A stretch of 62,748 bases of DNA, the filler included, from Klebsormidium nitens (Eukaryota > Plantae > Klebsormidiophyceae), in the NCBI GenBank assembly GCA_000708835.1. It is 9 parts of 9 records of this genome, joined end to end, with 100 filler letters (N's around TTAATTAATTAA, not from the genome) between each part and the next. Parts side by side here need not be neighbours in the genome. Positions count along the whole stretch, not along the records: positions 16,434 to 29,087 come from DF238113.1; positions 29,188 to 44,107 come from DF238027.1; 7 more parts are not named here. One strand, written 5' to 3'. Each line of letters opens with the position of its first letter. Position 1 is the stretch's first letter. A program made the translations under genes and the position numbers. Below are positions 24,898 through 37,335 of the stretch, in pieces. A model generated the notes under the pieces. That model worked only from the letters and a program-made list of their open reading frames with translations, made no database searches and was not told where the DNA came from.

Positions 24898-26426
24898 CAG
24901 GTGCATTCTTTACTGATAGATTGAAGCGCTACACCGTTGGGTATGTAGGATGGAACGAGACCAATTGCCTCTCCTCATTGTGGATTAACAGAGGCCCAAA
25001 ACCGAAGACCATGCCGGACGGAGGTTTGAGAGGAATAATTACACATAACGAGGTCCGCTTGCAGGTGACTTGTGACTTGATGAGGCTGCCAGGAGCCCGC
25101 TCCGAGCTTGTTTTTCCGACAAACCAGGCGTTGCCCTTGAGCCGCCCAGCCCGCGCAGCTTTCAAGGCGTTTGTCTATCGTGATCAATATCTGGCGGAAG
25201 TGACTTGCTGGGTGATGCAACGTGACTTCCTCGAGAGAGCCTTGCTACTTCTATATGCAACTTACCATACATGCATGCGCAATAATAGTTGGTGCCAAGC
25301 GGAAGACACTAATTCTCATTTGAATCGAACTCAACTTATCAGCGTTCTAAAATTTCGGTCATCATTGTATACTATGCTTTCTTACTAGAAGTCGCACCAG
25401 AGTAGTATTCCATGACGGTGAGGTCTTATTGGATTGAATTACTTGAAATGAAAGTGAACCATGTACGCACTGATGTTGGTTATATATCTCGATATATACA
25501 ATTGGTCATAAGCCTGTTCACCATAGCTACATTCAAGCTTAATTTAGAGTGCTTTAATTCTTATAATTGTCAGCTAGAACATGGCCAATTTAATGGATCA
25601 TTTAATCGGCTTAATGCATTCGAGTGTACGTCTTGCGCAGTACGCCATGCGCGCGGCCGCGCGGCTGCCCAGTTCCGACAGCTAGAGATGGCATGCACGG
25701 TTCAACTTATACATCCGTGATTATAGCGCATGTATACGTTGCAATGTTACGACGTACTGTTGCGGCCATCATGCACGCCGTGATGATGCATGAATTAAAT
25801 GTTCGAGGCCGGATCGTTGAACATTCAAGGGAATTGTTGCACTCCGGCCGGTTCTGCCAACGTTTGGCATCTTATTTATGATTCTCCACCTTCGATGCAA
25901 TTGTTGTTTCTGCTTGGCCGATCTGAATTGACTGGCATGAATATTGTGCACCTATACTCGATTGTGCACCTTGATAAGAACCAAGCAGGCTGCCCAACCG
26001 TTTCTTTGAACGTGTCCTCAACACGTTCATGCAAAAATCTGCCGCTTCAGGGCCTACCAAATGAAGTTCGGTGTTAAATAAACGGGCGCGATGCGCCCGC
26101 TCCGATCGGACGGTGGAGAGACGTTAACGATCGTGCCGGATTTGGCAGTGACGGCAAATTTTATTACATGTACCGGAGAGGACGCCACGTAGGCTCCCCC
26201 CCACGACGGTACCGGACATTTTCGATCACCGGTGCGTCGAACCATCGGAACTTAGGGCTAAGCGACCGGGACCACCGGCCGAGGTCGGGCTTTAGGTACT
26301 TAGGGAGAGGGCGTCGGGCCAAATAGGCAAGTTCCAGGGCCCGGTATTCCCGGACCGGTGTAGGAGGAGGCAGGATGGAGGCGCACGGGGCTTAGGAAGA
26401 TCCGGCCCCCTCAGAGTAGGCCAGGG

Positions 26427-29087
26427 GTGGTAACCATGGAGTCTCAAGCTAGTCTTCCGCATTTCAGCAGTGGGCTTGGCCACATTGAGCAAGGTAGCCT
26501 GAGGGGGATCACCTCAGGTGAAATCAGGGTTGACTTTGTGAGCTGCCAGGAGCGGGTTGCTGTCAAGTGTCTCACTTGCGCTCACCGCATCTGGGTCAGG
26601 AGCAAAAAGCCTGCTGGCCTCATGACGCTCGCATGGCGCAAGAGTGACCGCGGCGTGCTAATGGGCTACCTGATCAGTGCTGGAGTTCCGAAGAGCAAGC
26701 AATGCAAGCAAATTGTGTGCTTGAGTTGCGTCCATAATCTGCTCGGCGTGGTGGCAGAGAGCGCAGATGGGTTGTCGGTCACGTTAAGTGGCAGGAAGGA
26801 TGGTGGGCAAGACACGCCCATCTTGCAGCGGCAGAGGGGGGAAGGGCCTTGGAGCCAAAGCTTCGAGCTCACGCACGAAGTGCTGAACTTCCTCTATCGA
26901 GAGAACGCAACGACGGGAGTGGGGCAGAGGTCAATGGCCAACGGCAGCAACCCAGATCGGCGAGCGAGGCATTGCGAAGGGCGTACGGCCAAGAGCAAAA
27001 GGAGTTGCACAGGAGATGAGCATCGAGGCGAGCTTCTGGATCCATTTTTTCTTGATTAATATCAGAACNNNNNNNNNNNNNNNNNNNNNNNNNNNNNNNN
27101 NNNNNNNNNNNNNNNNNNNNNNNNNNNNNNNNNNNNNNNNNNNNNNNNNNNNNNNNNNNNNNNNNNNNNNNNNNNNNNNNNNNNNNNNNNNNNNNNNNNN
27201 NNNNNNNNNNNNNNNNNNNNNNNNNNNNNNNNNNNNNNNNNNNNNNNNNNNNNNNNNNNNNNNNNNNNNNNNNNNNNNNNNNNNNNNNNNNNNNNNNNNN
27301 NNNNNNNNNNNNNNNNNNNNNNNNNNNNNNNNNNNNNNNNNNNNNNNNNNNNNNNNNNNNNNNNNNNNNNNNNNNNNNNNNNNNNNNNNNNNNNNNNNNN
27401 NNNNNNNNNNNNNNNNNNNNNNNNNNNNNNNNNNNNNNNNNNNNNNNNNNNNNNNNNNNNNNNNNNNNNNNNNNNNNNNNNNNNNNNNNNNNNNNNNNNN
27501 NNNNNNNNNNNNNNNNNNNNNNNNNNNNNNNNNNNNNNNNNNNNNNNNNNNNNNNNNNNNNNNNNNNNNNNNNNNNNNNNNNNNNNNNNNNNNNNNNNNN
27601 NNNNNNNNNNNNNNNNNNNNNNNNNNNNNNNNNNNNNNNNNNNNNNNNNNNNNNNNNNNNNNNNNNNNNNNNNNNNNNNNNNNNNNNNNNNNNNNNNNNN
27701 NNNNNNNNNNNNNNNNNNNNNNNNNNNNNNNNNNNNNNNNNNNNNNNNNNNNNNNNNNNNNNNNNNNNNNNNNNNNNNNNNNNNNNNNNNNNNNNNNNNN
27801 NNNNNNNNNNNNNNNNNNNNNNNNNNNNNNNNNNNNNNNNNNNNNNNNNNNNNNNNNNNNNNNNNNNNNNNNNNNNNNNNNNGGCTCGGATGAGACGGGG
27901 AGCTACTTTGCAGTGGCCGACAACCTCCAAGGACCTCCAAGCCCTCAGAGGCGCATGGTCTTTCGCAGCAGCAAGGGGGCTTGGTATTGCGAGGGGAAGC
28001 GCGACGGGTGCCCGAGCCTCACCGACTGCTCGCACGTCATAGCGGCAAAAGCAGCTCTGAGGAATGACTCGGGAGACCTTTCAGTTGCCGATCAGATGGT
28101 TTTGAGGCTCTCGGAGCCGCTGTCGGAGGCTGCGCTAGGCTGGCTCGAGCGGTGGAACGGAGAATTGCCAAAGATTGGGGTCTGTCCCGCCGTGGGCACC
28201 TCCTCGCAGGGGGGAGGTGATGCGGGGCTGTCGGAGGAGGAGCGGTATCTTGTTGGCTTGCTGGAGCGGCGGCCCCATGAGCAAGCGACCTGCGCCGGCG
28301 ACTCGTGCTTCTGTCGTCAGCACGATCGCCTCTTTGGAGAGGCCGCCGCCGCACAAATCTTCAACGATCGCAAGAGCAAAGGGGGCGATTGTGGCAGGGA
28401 AGGGGGGTCGGCTGAGGAGGATGAGCCCCCTCGCAAACGGGCGAGGCGCAATAAGGCTTTTTGGGAGGCACACAAGCAAGGCTCGCAAGGTCCAGCCACA
28501 AGAGTGGGGTGGGGCGCTCGGCCGCCGGCGGAAGCGAGGGGCAAGGAGGCAATCCGAGGCTGGGTGGACGCGTGCACGAGTTGTTCGGTTGCCTCCTTGG
28601 CAGCCCTGAACGGCGGGTGCGAGCATGGAGAGGCCTCGAAGGTTCGCACCCCCGTCATGCTCCTCACAACTGAGGCCGTCCAGGTTACAAAACCCAAGCT
28701 GGCACGGTTGAGCGATGCGCACGCCGTCCACGACCCACTCGTGACTTCGCTCGACCGCCCCGTTCCTGTGAGCAAGCTGAGGGATTGCCACTTTCAGGAG
28801 CTGTCCGAAAATTGGTTGTTGAGCGCACCGTGTCCCCTCGAGTCGCCGGCGTGCGGAGGTTCGTGGGTCGAGGCATGGATGGAGGCCGACGTGACGGCCG
28901 CCCAGTGGAGCCAGCGGGTGCGAGTGCGGATCTACCACTGCCAGTGCGTTGACGAGGCGCACACAATCCACTTTGACGGCGAGCACCTTGGGCTGTACAC
29001 GTGGACTCGGCGGACCCTCTTCGTCCAGGAGAGCTTGCAGCTGCTCTTGCGGGGGATGCAGCACGGGCACAGCTTCAAGGCGGAGTT
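26427..29087 (+). mobile_element. KDZ (Kyakuja/Dileera/Zisupton)-type transposon ORF fragment: SWIM finger + CxC4-like cluster
   Basis: WYCEGKRDGCPSLTDCSHV fits SWIM (CxC..CxH). CPLESPAC...YHCQC...HFDGEHLGLYTWTRRTLFVQESL fits the CxC4-like domain that precedes KDZ transposases. The frame is broken by the 814-N gap and ends at the next gap before any catalytic domain. Confidence 0.68.
27069..27882. other. Sized assembly gap (814 N, no linker)
   Basis: Uninterrupted N run. Confidence 0.97.
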
Positions 29088-29187
29088 NNNNNNNNNNNNN
29101 NNNNNNNNNNNNNNNNNNNNNNNNNNNNNNNTTAATTAATTAANNNNNNNNNNNNNNNNNNNNNNNNNNNNNNNNNNNNNNNNNNNN

Positions 29188-29286
29188 CCCACCGTACCCG
29201 CGCACAGGATGACCTCACCGCGGCCGGGGTTGACGTCAGCGTGGCGGGCGGTGTTGTCGGCAGCCGTGAAGTCGACGCCCACCACT
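29188..29286 (-). CDS. Orphan exon of a GMC oxidoreductase (FAD-binding region), truncated at gap
   Basis: VGVDFTAADNTARHADVNPGRGEVILCAGTVG matches the GMC 'VGV....EVILxAG' motif. Confidence 0.55.
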
Positions 29287-31904
29287 TTGAGGTCAATGAG
29301 AAAAATCTCGTCATAGCTGACTCCGCACTGCTGAAAAGGCGTTCGCTTCGATTGGATTCCGTTCACAGTACGCATTGTGCTCACGACAGTCGTTGCGCTG
29401 GGTCGTTGCCATACGCCGAAAAGAGCCGCGAACCGGCCAAATATTGTGACTAAATGAGATCTCTCAGGTAACCTTGCACATCTAGAACGGATGGCAGTTG
29501 TTGAAAATGCTGGGAAGCACTACTCTGATATGATGCGCACTTTCTGCCTGTCCAACAAAATCAACTGGGCTTCCGCACCTAATCTACGAAGTTCTTCCTG
29601 TGCAAAAAGAGAGCCTCCTCGAGTGGTCAGCAACGAACGTCTTCAGTCGACCCAGATCCGGTTTCAATTCAGTCTTCTAAAGTCCTCGATGCAGGTTTCA
29701 TATTTTACGCCAATATCCTGGGTTGTTCAATGAGAGCATTGGACAGCGTTGGGCGTGCAAAGTCTACGTGACGTTCTGCTTCAGGTAGAGTTTGCACGCC
29801 AAAATCTACGTGAGCCGTTTTCAATCGAATTTCTTAGGAACTTGATTGAAAACAGCTCGTTTGGAACTTTTGTTGATACACTCTCACTCCCTTCTTGACA
29901 GCAAGGAACACCAGAGGCTCCACTGGGCGAGCCACAAGAAGCAGTGCAGTGACAACTTGTCCCACGCAGATCTTTCACCAGATTACCAAGGTGAGAGCTG
30001 GGATGAATGCTTTTAATCTTAAATATGTTGGTATTGTTTTGTTTTCGATGCAACTTCGGAGCTGCATCAGCTTCCTTACTTGCTTCAGCAGAGATATCGG
30101 TCGACGCAACTGGAGAGCAGCATTTTGCAAGGGAATGAGAGACGAACGGTATTCTTCTCTGCCCATCTTGAATATTTCTCTTGCACTTCCCGTATTCATT
30201 CTGCAGAACGGAAGGTACTTCGTACTTACGGCGGCTCGTGTCGTCTGAAAGTCTGATTTCTAACACTCGTAAAGTATCTGCTGCCTGGACCGTTTGAGTG
30301 TACGAAAGTTTGATCGCACGCTCTCGGGATACGTTGTTGCAGGTAGACGAACCGGAAACACGTCTGTGTAGCCTGCCACGGTTCGAAAAAGGGTGGATTT
30401 TGATGAGTAGATTTATATTAAGGGGATGGGAACAGATAAGTTTGAATAGAGTGGCGCAAAGCTGTCCGACTCGTTAAAGCTAATCTGGGCGCCAGTTAGG
30501 CAGAAGGTCTGGTGGCTACCAATTTGATTGGTTTGTAGAACGTATCTTGGTGGCCGATGAATGTCACGTGTCTAAAGCTCTTCTTGTATGTAGCAATCTT
30601 CTGATGAACGGACTCATGATCCAGATTACCAGCTAGCCCAATCGAACCCTCATCAATCTGTCCAATCTGATGCGAAGCGGCCGCCATTCCAAATGAAAGA
30701 CGTCGTTGTATACAGTTCCAGTCGGAACAGAAAGTAAAGGTATCAGCCTGGTCGACGCACGGCGACTTCCATATGACGGCTGCCTTTTGCCTTGGGTTCA
30801 TACTCGTACTGCAGCTAGAAGAGGCCCGCAGCTTGCACATGCTATGGGTGGAAAGAAACAACAAGAAATGTTGGCCCGGCGACCAACCGACTGTCCAATA
30901 TCTGCTGCCGGTCAGGTGCCTAAATATACAGAGCTCAATATGGACATGCTGTATGGCGCGATCCGCTACCTAAATAAGTTTTCCGAGGTAATCAGCGACC
31001 AATCCAAGCACAGCACACTCTCAGGTCCCATGAATAGGCGCTGCCTCAAAAGTATTCCCGCAGGGCGCCGCGCCGACATGCACAAGCACTTCAAGAGAAT
31101 TCCAAGGCTCGCTCGACCGCGACTCTGATTCGCCTCTGCATTAGAAAGCCGACCGCGTATTCCCGTACGACAGGACCATGTCCCGGCCCGGAAGCTGTTG
31201 CTTGTGATTGACCGCTTGGGAACGGACATCTGCACCGGTTCCCTTTGTATACGAGACGACGATCGAGAAAAGCATGCATGTTGACATGGAAGCCCTAGCT
31301 GCAACGGATGCACAAGGTCTTGCATATGGACTATGCATGGGAGCTCGAATGGCGTGCTGTAAGGCAGCCGCCTCAGACGCTTTCAAAACATGCTCCCACG
31401 ATTAGGAGACGCGTAGTGCAAGTAGAAGGAAAGGGTGCACGCAAAGAAGCTCGATTTACCTCTGCATGTGTACAGTGTAAGGCTTGCTCAACAAAGTACT
31501 CAAACTCACTGTGCGGTATACTGGCAACGTCAAAAGCGATCGTACGAAAGCTTGAGCCTTGTCGCAAATTACATAACTCGATCACTACAACGACGCTGTC
31601 CAACTGTACAAACGTCGCTCCTTTCAGAGCATGGTCCACCCTGAAGTAGTCTTCACTGGAGTAAGGTTCCCTTCTAGCGGAGTATATATGCGGGTCCACT
31701 GACCCGTTCATTATACATACACGGAAAAATACTTAGTCAACAACACATGCTCCTGTCTATTGCTGCGCACGTACTACAAAATAGATTACTGTAACTCTTG
31801 ACAACCTTACGTCTCTATATATACGGGCTCAGGCTGTGAAGCCCTCTAGCGAGACTCCAAAATCGAGCCCGTTGGCAGTTGCCCAGAACGTCTCCAGATC
31901 TTTC

Positions 31905-34400
31905 TAAAGAAACGCAGCTTGCATCTCCAGATCATGCGCCGCATCAACAGCGTCCTCGCCTTCCGCCATTTCCATGGCGACAGGGCCGAGGCAGTCGAGA
32001 ACGAGGGGCGCGTCTCCGTTGCGAACCAGGTCGCGCGCTACGTCGAAGGGCGACCACGGCTTATCCACCTGCAAAACACGCAGGGCGCTTTAGACTTCAA
32101 CTGCGTCACGTGCCGCTATCTTCGCAAGCCTGTTCTTGAGGATGATTGTGTTTTAAGCCGCCAGCAGGAAGGAGTCTAGCAAAACAATCATATTTTTATG
32201 TCGTCCCGCATTCCGATCTGTTTAAGGCGCCGTGGACCCAGATGTTCAACACGAAGTTGAAAAGCAAGAAGAGCGTCCAAGGTCCTCGACCGCTTTCACC
32301 GGACGAAAGACAATCCAATCGTGGACCAAAGTGAAAAGGCTCAAAAAGACGACGCTGTTTGTAGAGCTTACTACGTGTCTCTTGTCTGCGCTCACCTGCT
32401 GGAAGATGTCGTCGCCTGCGTCCGCAGGGAGCAGAGCGCCGTTTTGGGTGAAAAAGTCGACGTCCTGGGTGGCAACGTCAGCGGCACCAAGGAGCACAGC
32501 GCCGATCTGGCTGCTGACGTCTGCATCCTGGGTGGTGTCGTCAGCGGCACCGAGGAGGTAATTCAGGCAGGCGCGCGCGCGTGCTCGCACCGCAATGACG
32601 CAGTGGCGGCTGCTGGGGTCGCTGAACCAGTTGTCAAGGTAGGCGAGGAGGGCCCGGCACAGCGCGGGATCCTCCTTGGCGCGGGCCAAAAAGTAGTCGA
32701 TTGCCGCGAGGAGGCCGCGCCGGCCGAGTTTTTGGCAGCGCGGCACACCGAATGTCCTGGGCCATGAGATCTGCGAAGGAAAGTGATGGAGGCGAGTCTG
32801 TTGGAAGTAGCGCAAGCCTGTCGTTCGGAGAAGCCTTGGATGCCATTAATTGGGATCAGAAAAAAAGGAATGAGCTTTCAGAATGGACGAGGTGACCGCA
32901 TTCATAAGAAAATCCGGACTTCAAGTCGATAAAGGAGGTCTGTAAGCGGTTGTACCTGATGATTTTGAACACCTGATAGCTACAGCCCTCCTAGAAGCCC
33001 CACTGCTTCTTCTCTGCACGACGCATAGGCTTGACACTGCATATTCTGAACGGCCCCCACGTGCACACTGGCCTTCTTCACTTCAGAGCACAACCAGCTT
33101 ACTATTGGCCTTCTTCAAGCATGCATGCTCCCAAAACCCTCAGCTTCCTTTTCTGCTCAAAAGCATACAGGTCTGAGGACTTGTTGTGACGAGGCAAGAC
33201 ACCAATTTTACAACGTGAAAGCCCGCAGTGAATCTCCATCTACTCGAGAAACCACCTTCACACAAGCATGGCCCGTTCACACATCCTCTAGCCTCACCTT
33301 GTCGGTCAGACTTTTGTTGTCCGCCATATACTGGTTCAAACCATGGTACAGGCCAGCCACGAGGCTTTCCAACGAGAGGGTGTCTCCGTCTTTGAAGATG
33401 ACGTCAGCAGCTCGTATGTTCTCATTGGCGTCAGCGACAACGTCGTCCAGCCTGCATAAAAATATGTCACGTTTCTGTCGTTCTGTGAGCTTCTAGATTG
33501 AGATGCAGATGGACGTTTGGTGAGCCCACTACATTGGAAACCCATTGGGATGCCCTATGTACTGCAAACAGACTTTCTGGTGATGAATCAGCATCATTCT
33601 GAAATCTGAGAAAGAAAGGACACTGGTCACTCAAGTTTTCACCTTTCATCAAGCTCAAAAAGTCGTAATGTCAAGAGACAAGTTTCGGACTTCTGATTGA
33701 TTCGCAGGCACTGGTCATGCCCTGCTTGGCTCATGATTTGTTGATTACTCTGCCAGTGGGCCCTTTCACTAAGCTTTTCTGGGTGTGAGCAATTGGATTT
33801 TTGTAAGTAAGCTTTCTCAGGTTTCCTTGATGGAGCAGGTGTGTATGAGAAGTGCACTGCCAAGAATCTTTCAGACGAAGGCAAAGCTGGTAACCATGTA
33901 TCAATTTGAGCTTACCCGCCGGCGCTTGTGTCCCTCAGAAGGTCGTCCACCATGCTGTAAAGGTAGTGGACCACCATTGGCTTGCGCCCCCCACCGCAGT
34001 CCTCGATGCCGGCCGCATTCAGGAACTCCTCAATCTTTTCTGCATTTGGAAACAGGTCGAGCAACACTGCTCGCAGGAAGAGTACAACGAATGTGGAGCT
34101 GCCCAGCGGATCCATGGCGGGCAGATTCTAGTTGCAGCACTTTGTGCGCAGCAGCTAGAGCTGGCTGCTGTTGCTTCGGTGTGCCTGTGCTGAGTTGGAA
34201 TAAGCGCACAAAGCGATTCACTGCGCTATATATATATATGCTTGAGTTGGTCACGGCTTGGTCACGCACCTCTCAAGGCTCAAGCTTGTGTCTGCTGAAA
34301 TGGTCCCCATCGCCTCTTGTAGCCAGTCTGTCCATGATCTTCACACGCACTGGCTGGCCGCCACTGGGCTCGACTTTTGGAGTACTGTAGTAGCTACATA
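31905..34400 (-). CDS. Uncharacterised multi-exon gene(s)
   Basis: Exon-like segments with GT/AG ends: LDLFPNAEKIEEFL..., LDDVVADANENIRAAD..., AIDYFLARAKEDPALC...DIFQQ|gtgagc, and VDKPWSPFDVARDLV...AAFL*. Product unknown. Confidence 0.4.
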
Positions 34401-34613
34401 CACATAGGTCATCGGCTCTTACCGTCCGATATATACACTGGTGAGGACCCACTATGTGGTCCCACATTGCACAGCTCCAGCTAGAGCATCATCGGGAATC
34501 CCAGACGCAGATATCCACCCGGTGAGCAGGGCATAGAAATACGAACGGTTTTGACGGGTGACAATGCCCAGGTCCAACTGTTTGTCTCGGCTCTCGACCG
34601 TAGCTACGGTATA

Positions 34614-34935
34614 CCGTACTACCAAGGTATGATTCCGAATAAATAAATAATTATTTGCATTCGGAAAGTTGGAAACTCCAAATAAGCAGTCGGAATCTGC
34701 TTTTTCGGAAGGGGAAATTAATTGCTAAATCCTGTTCGGAAAGTGATGTAAAAGCCCATATGAACTGAGGTACGTACCGGTAGCCCTTGAAAAGCCAGGA
34801 GATAAGGGTACCTGGGTACCTTTGAACCCATTCGGATCTACGGTCGGATTCCGGAAAATAAGACAAGATTTGGACTCGCATTCTGTAAAATAATTGCATA
34901 TTTTGAGCATTCGGAATCATACCTTGGTAGTACGG
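34614..34935. mobile_element. Tc1/mariner-type MITE, 322 bp
   Basis: Perfect 27-bp TIRs CCGTACTACCAAGGTATGATTCCGAAT, TA on both flanks (34612-13, 34936-37), AT-rich non-coding interior. Confidence 0.83.
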
Positions 34936-35376
34936 TAGTTCCCGACTTTTTCAATTTAACCGGTTAACAGGCCGAATGATTGCCTGCCCCACGTCGGATC
35001 CGATCGTCGGCGGGGTGGGGCGGGGTGGGGTGCCAGGTGGCTTGCTGCCATTGGGCGCAACTACAGTAGAGGTAGTCTGCTGCCATTCTTTGCAATGCGC
35101 TCCATTGCCACTGGCCAGCATTGGAGACACGATACCTTCAGTACTGGACCTGTGGTAGGTACCTGTGGTAGAACATGCTTTCTATCCAGATTTCCCTACC
35201 TGAGGCTGTAGGACAATGGCGCCATTGAAGCGGCAGCACGGGTGGCAGCACCCTGTCTGTCCGTCAACAGTTCCTATACCCGACCAAAACCTTATAGCGG
35301 TCTGATGGCCCGCTGCCTGCCAGTCTTTTGAAGGCAAAAAAGCAATACGTTGGAAGTCTAAAGCAGGATTTGCAGG

Positions 35377-37335
35377 ATGGATGCTCCACGCACCGATAAT
35401 GAATCAACTCGGCTGGTCTCTGAGCTGACTAGCGCACACGAGCAGGCCCTGCAAGACCCTCATGGGTCAGCTGGGCAAGGTCCTGCTGATGCTGCTTCCC
35501 TTCAGCATCCAACCACCACTCAGGAAAAAGCCGCTTTGATAAACTCATCGTTCCTGATGGCCCTTGTTCTCAAGCGAGCAGGTTGGAGTCATGACGAAGT
35601 TGATAGATGGAGCCTTGACAAGGCTTGGTGGGACGGGGTTGAAAAGCGGAGCAATGTCCTATGGGATGAGATATTGCGCGCTCGTAGACAGTGCGGATCG
35701 AATGGGCCCTGCCCCCAGCTGTATGCAAAATATTTCTGGCCAAAGGATGCCCTGAAGAAGAGATTTAGGCATGATTCCCCGGCAGCTTTCAACGAAAAGT
35801 TCAAGGACAAGTTCTTCAAGGACGAGATCACAATGCCCACTCCGATGACAAGGGAGAAGCTGACTGTGTCATTCTTGAGGAAGCTGGAAGCATTACAAGG
35901 TAAGCCTTCCATCTTGAGTCCTGTCAATTATATTTGGTCAGTCTTAGCTATTTATGCACTTTTGTTTGGATTACATGACTCCTCTCTAGTGCTGCACATT
36001 TTGATCCTGTCAGCTGTTGATTCACTGCTATGTAATCACTCCCAAGATGTTTCCAAGCTGTCCACTTGATCTTGGGAGTTGGTAATGTGAACGTAGAAGT
36101 TGATCATCGGGAGAAGCAGTTGCTGATACGAGTCAAAGGCAAAGTCTCAGTTGGGGCCTCCCATGAGATCAGAGCAAACGGGCAGAGAACTATCCAATGC
36201 ATGTTGAGTAGGCAATGATGTTCTTCTATGCTTCTCAAGCCTAACCGAAGATTGCAGATTTTGGCGGCGATCTCAACACCGGGTGCCTTTGTTACACTGT
36301 GACACCACGCACCCCAACAACCCCAGGTAACGTCCGTTCTTGCTGCTGAGAGCATGGTCAACATAGACTAAATTCGTGACAAATGAGCCCAATGTGTATC
36401 TGCAGGCTTTTGCTGTCTTCTCAACGTTAGGCTGGTCAATAAGTTCGTATGATGCTGATTACGAGCTCTGGCAATATTAACCTCAGTAAATTCAGAAGAG
36501 TGTGATGTGAGCGAACATCATTCGCTTCTAGCAAGCCTAAAGTGTCTTTGGTCTTTGGCATGTTTTCAATACATCCTGATATGATGCAGTCAGGTCGTGC
36601 AGAAGAAGGGTGATTAAATAGTGGAGCTTCACAAGGTCCAGGTTGTTGGCAGACAAAAGGGCAGGGGAACGATATGCAAGATCTGTAGACAACATTGCTG
36701 CTTGCTATATGTTGCTTGCTTGCATGATCTGGGGGCTTACACACCCTGTGATGGTCTAGTGTGCAGATTTGATCTTTCGTCTGATGAAGCAACTCATCCT
36801 CAGCCCACTCTTTCCGTGAATAGGTAGCTTGCTCCCAGGGTATGCCTGCGTCTTCGACTTCAAGGACGATCTTTGGGTGCCAATGAAAAAGCAACCAACG
36901 CCAGGCAGTCTCCAAGAAGGGGCTAGACAGGAAGAATTGGTGGGTGTGGCAAATCACGGGCTATCCGGGATGCCAGAGCAACGGAATCCAACGCCCTTCG
37001 AGCCATGGAGCCAGAAGCAACAACGGGGTAGTAACATTTGGGCGCCTGGGAACGGGGCGAACAGCATGGCCGGGCAGTTAGAGGCCACCTGCACGAGAGA
37101 GGGCCTCAACGGGGAAAATACGAGAAGCGGGTCTGCACCTTCCAGTGTTGGAAGATTCCTTAACCTGAAACCTGAGGCCCTGACTTGCGAAGTTTCGCAG
37201 CCAGTGCGTACCTCATCCGAGCAGGATGTCGGTGGAGACAATTTTTCGTCTGGAGGAGTAGCTTGGGCAAGGGGAGGCGAAGTTCGGACACAGAGCTTTT
37301 CCGGGGAAGATGGAGCGAGCGGTGATGCGATGTAA
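35377..37335 (+). CDS. Uncharacterised gene, probably multi-exon
   Basis: ORF from ATG 35377 to a donor (CAAG|gtaagc, ~35900), plus a further Ser/Gly-rich ORF at 36829-37335. No family recognised. Confidence 0.35.

Noticed and set aside
36260-36330. GGDLNT motif suggesting an exonuclease-endonuclease-phosphatase or LINE endonuclease
   Set aside because: Single short motif with no other family motifs and no reverse transcriptase nearby.
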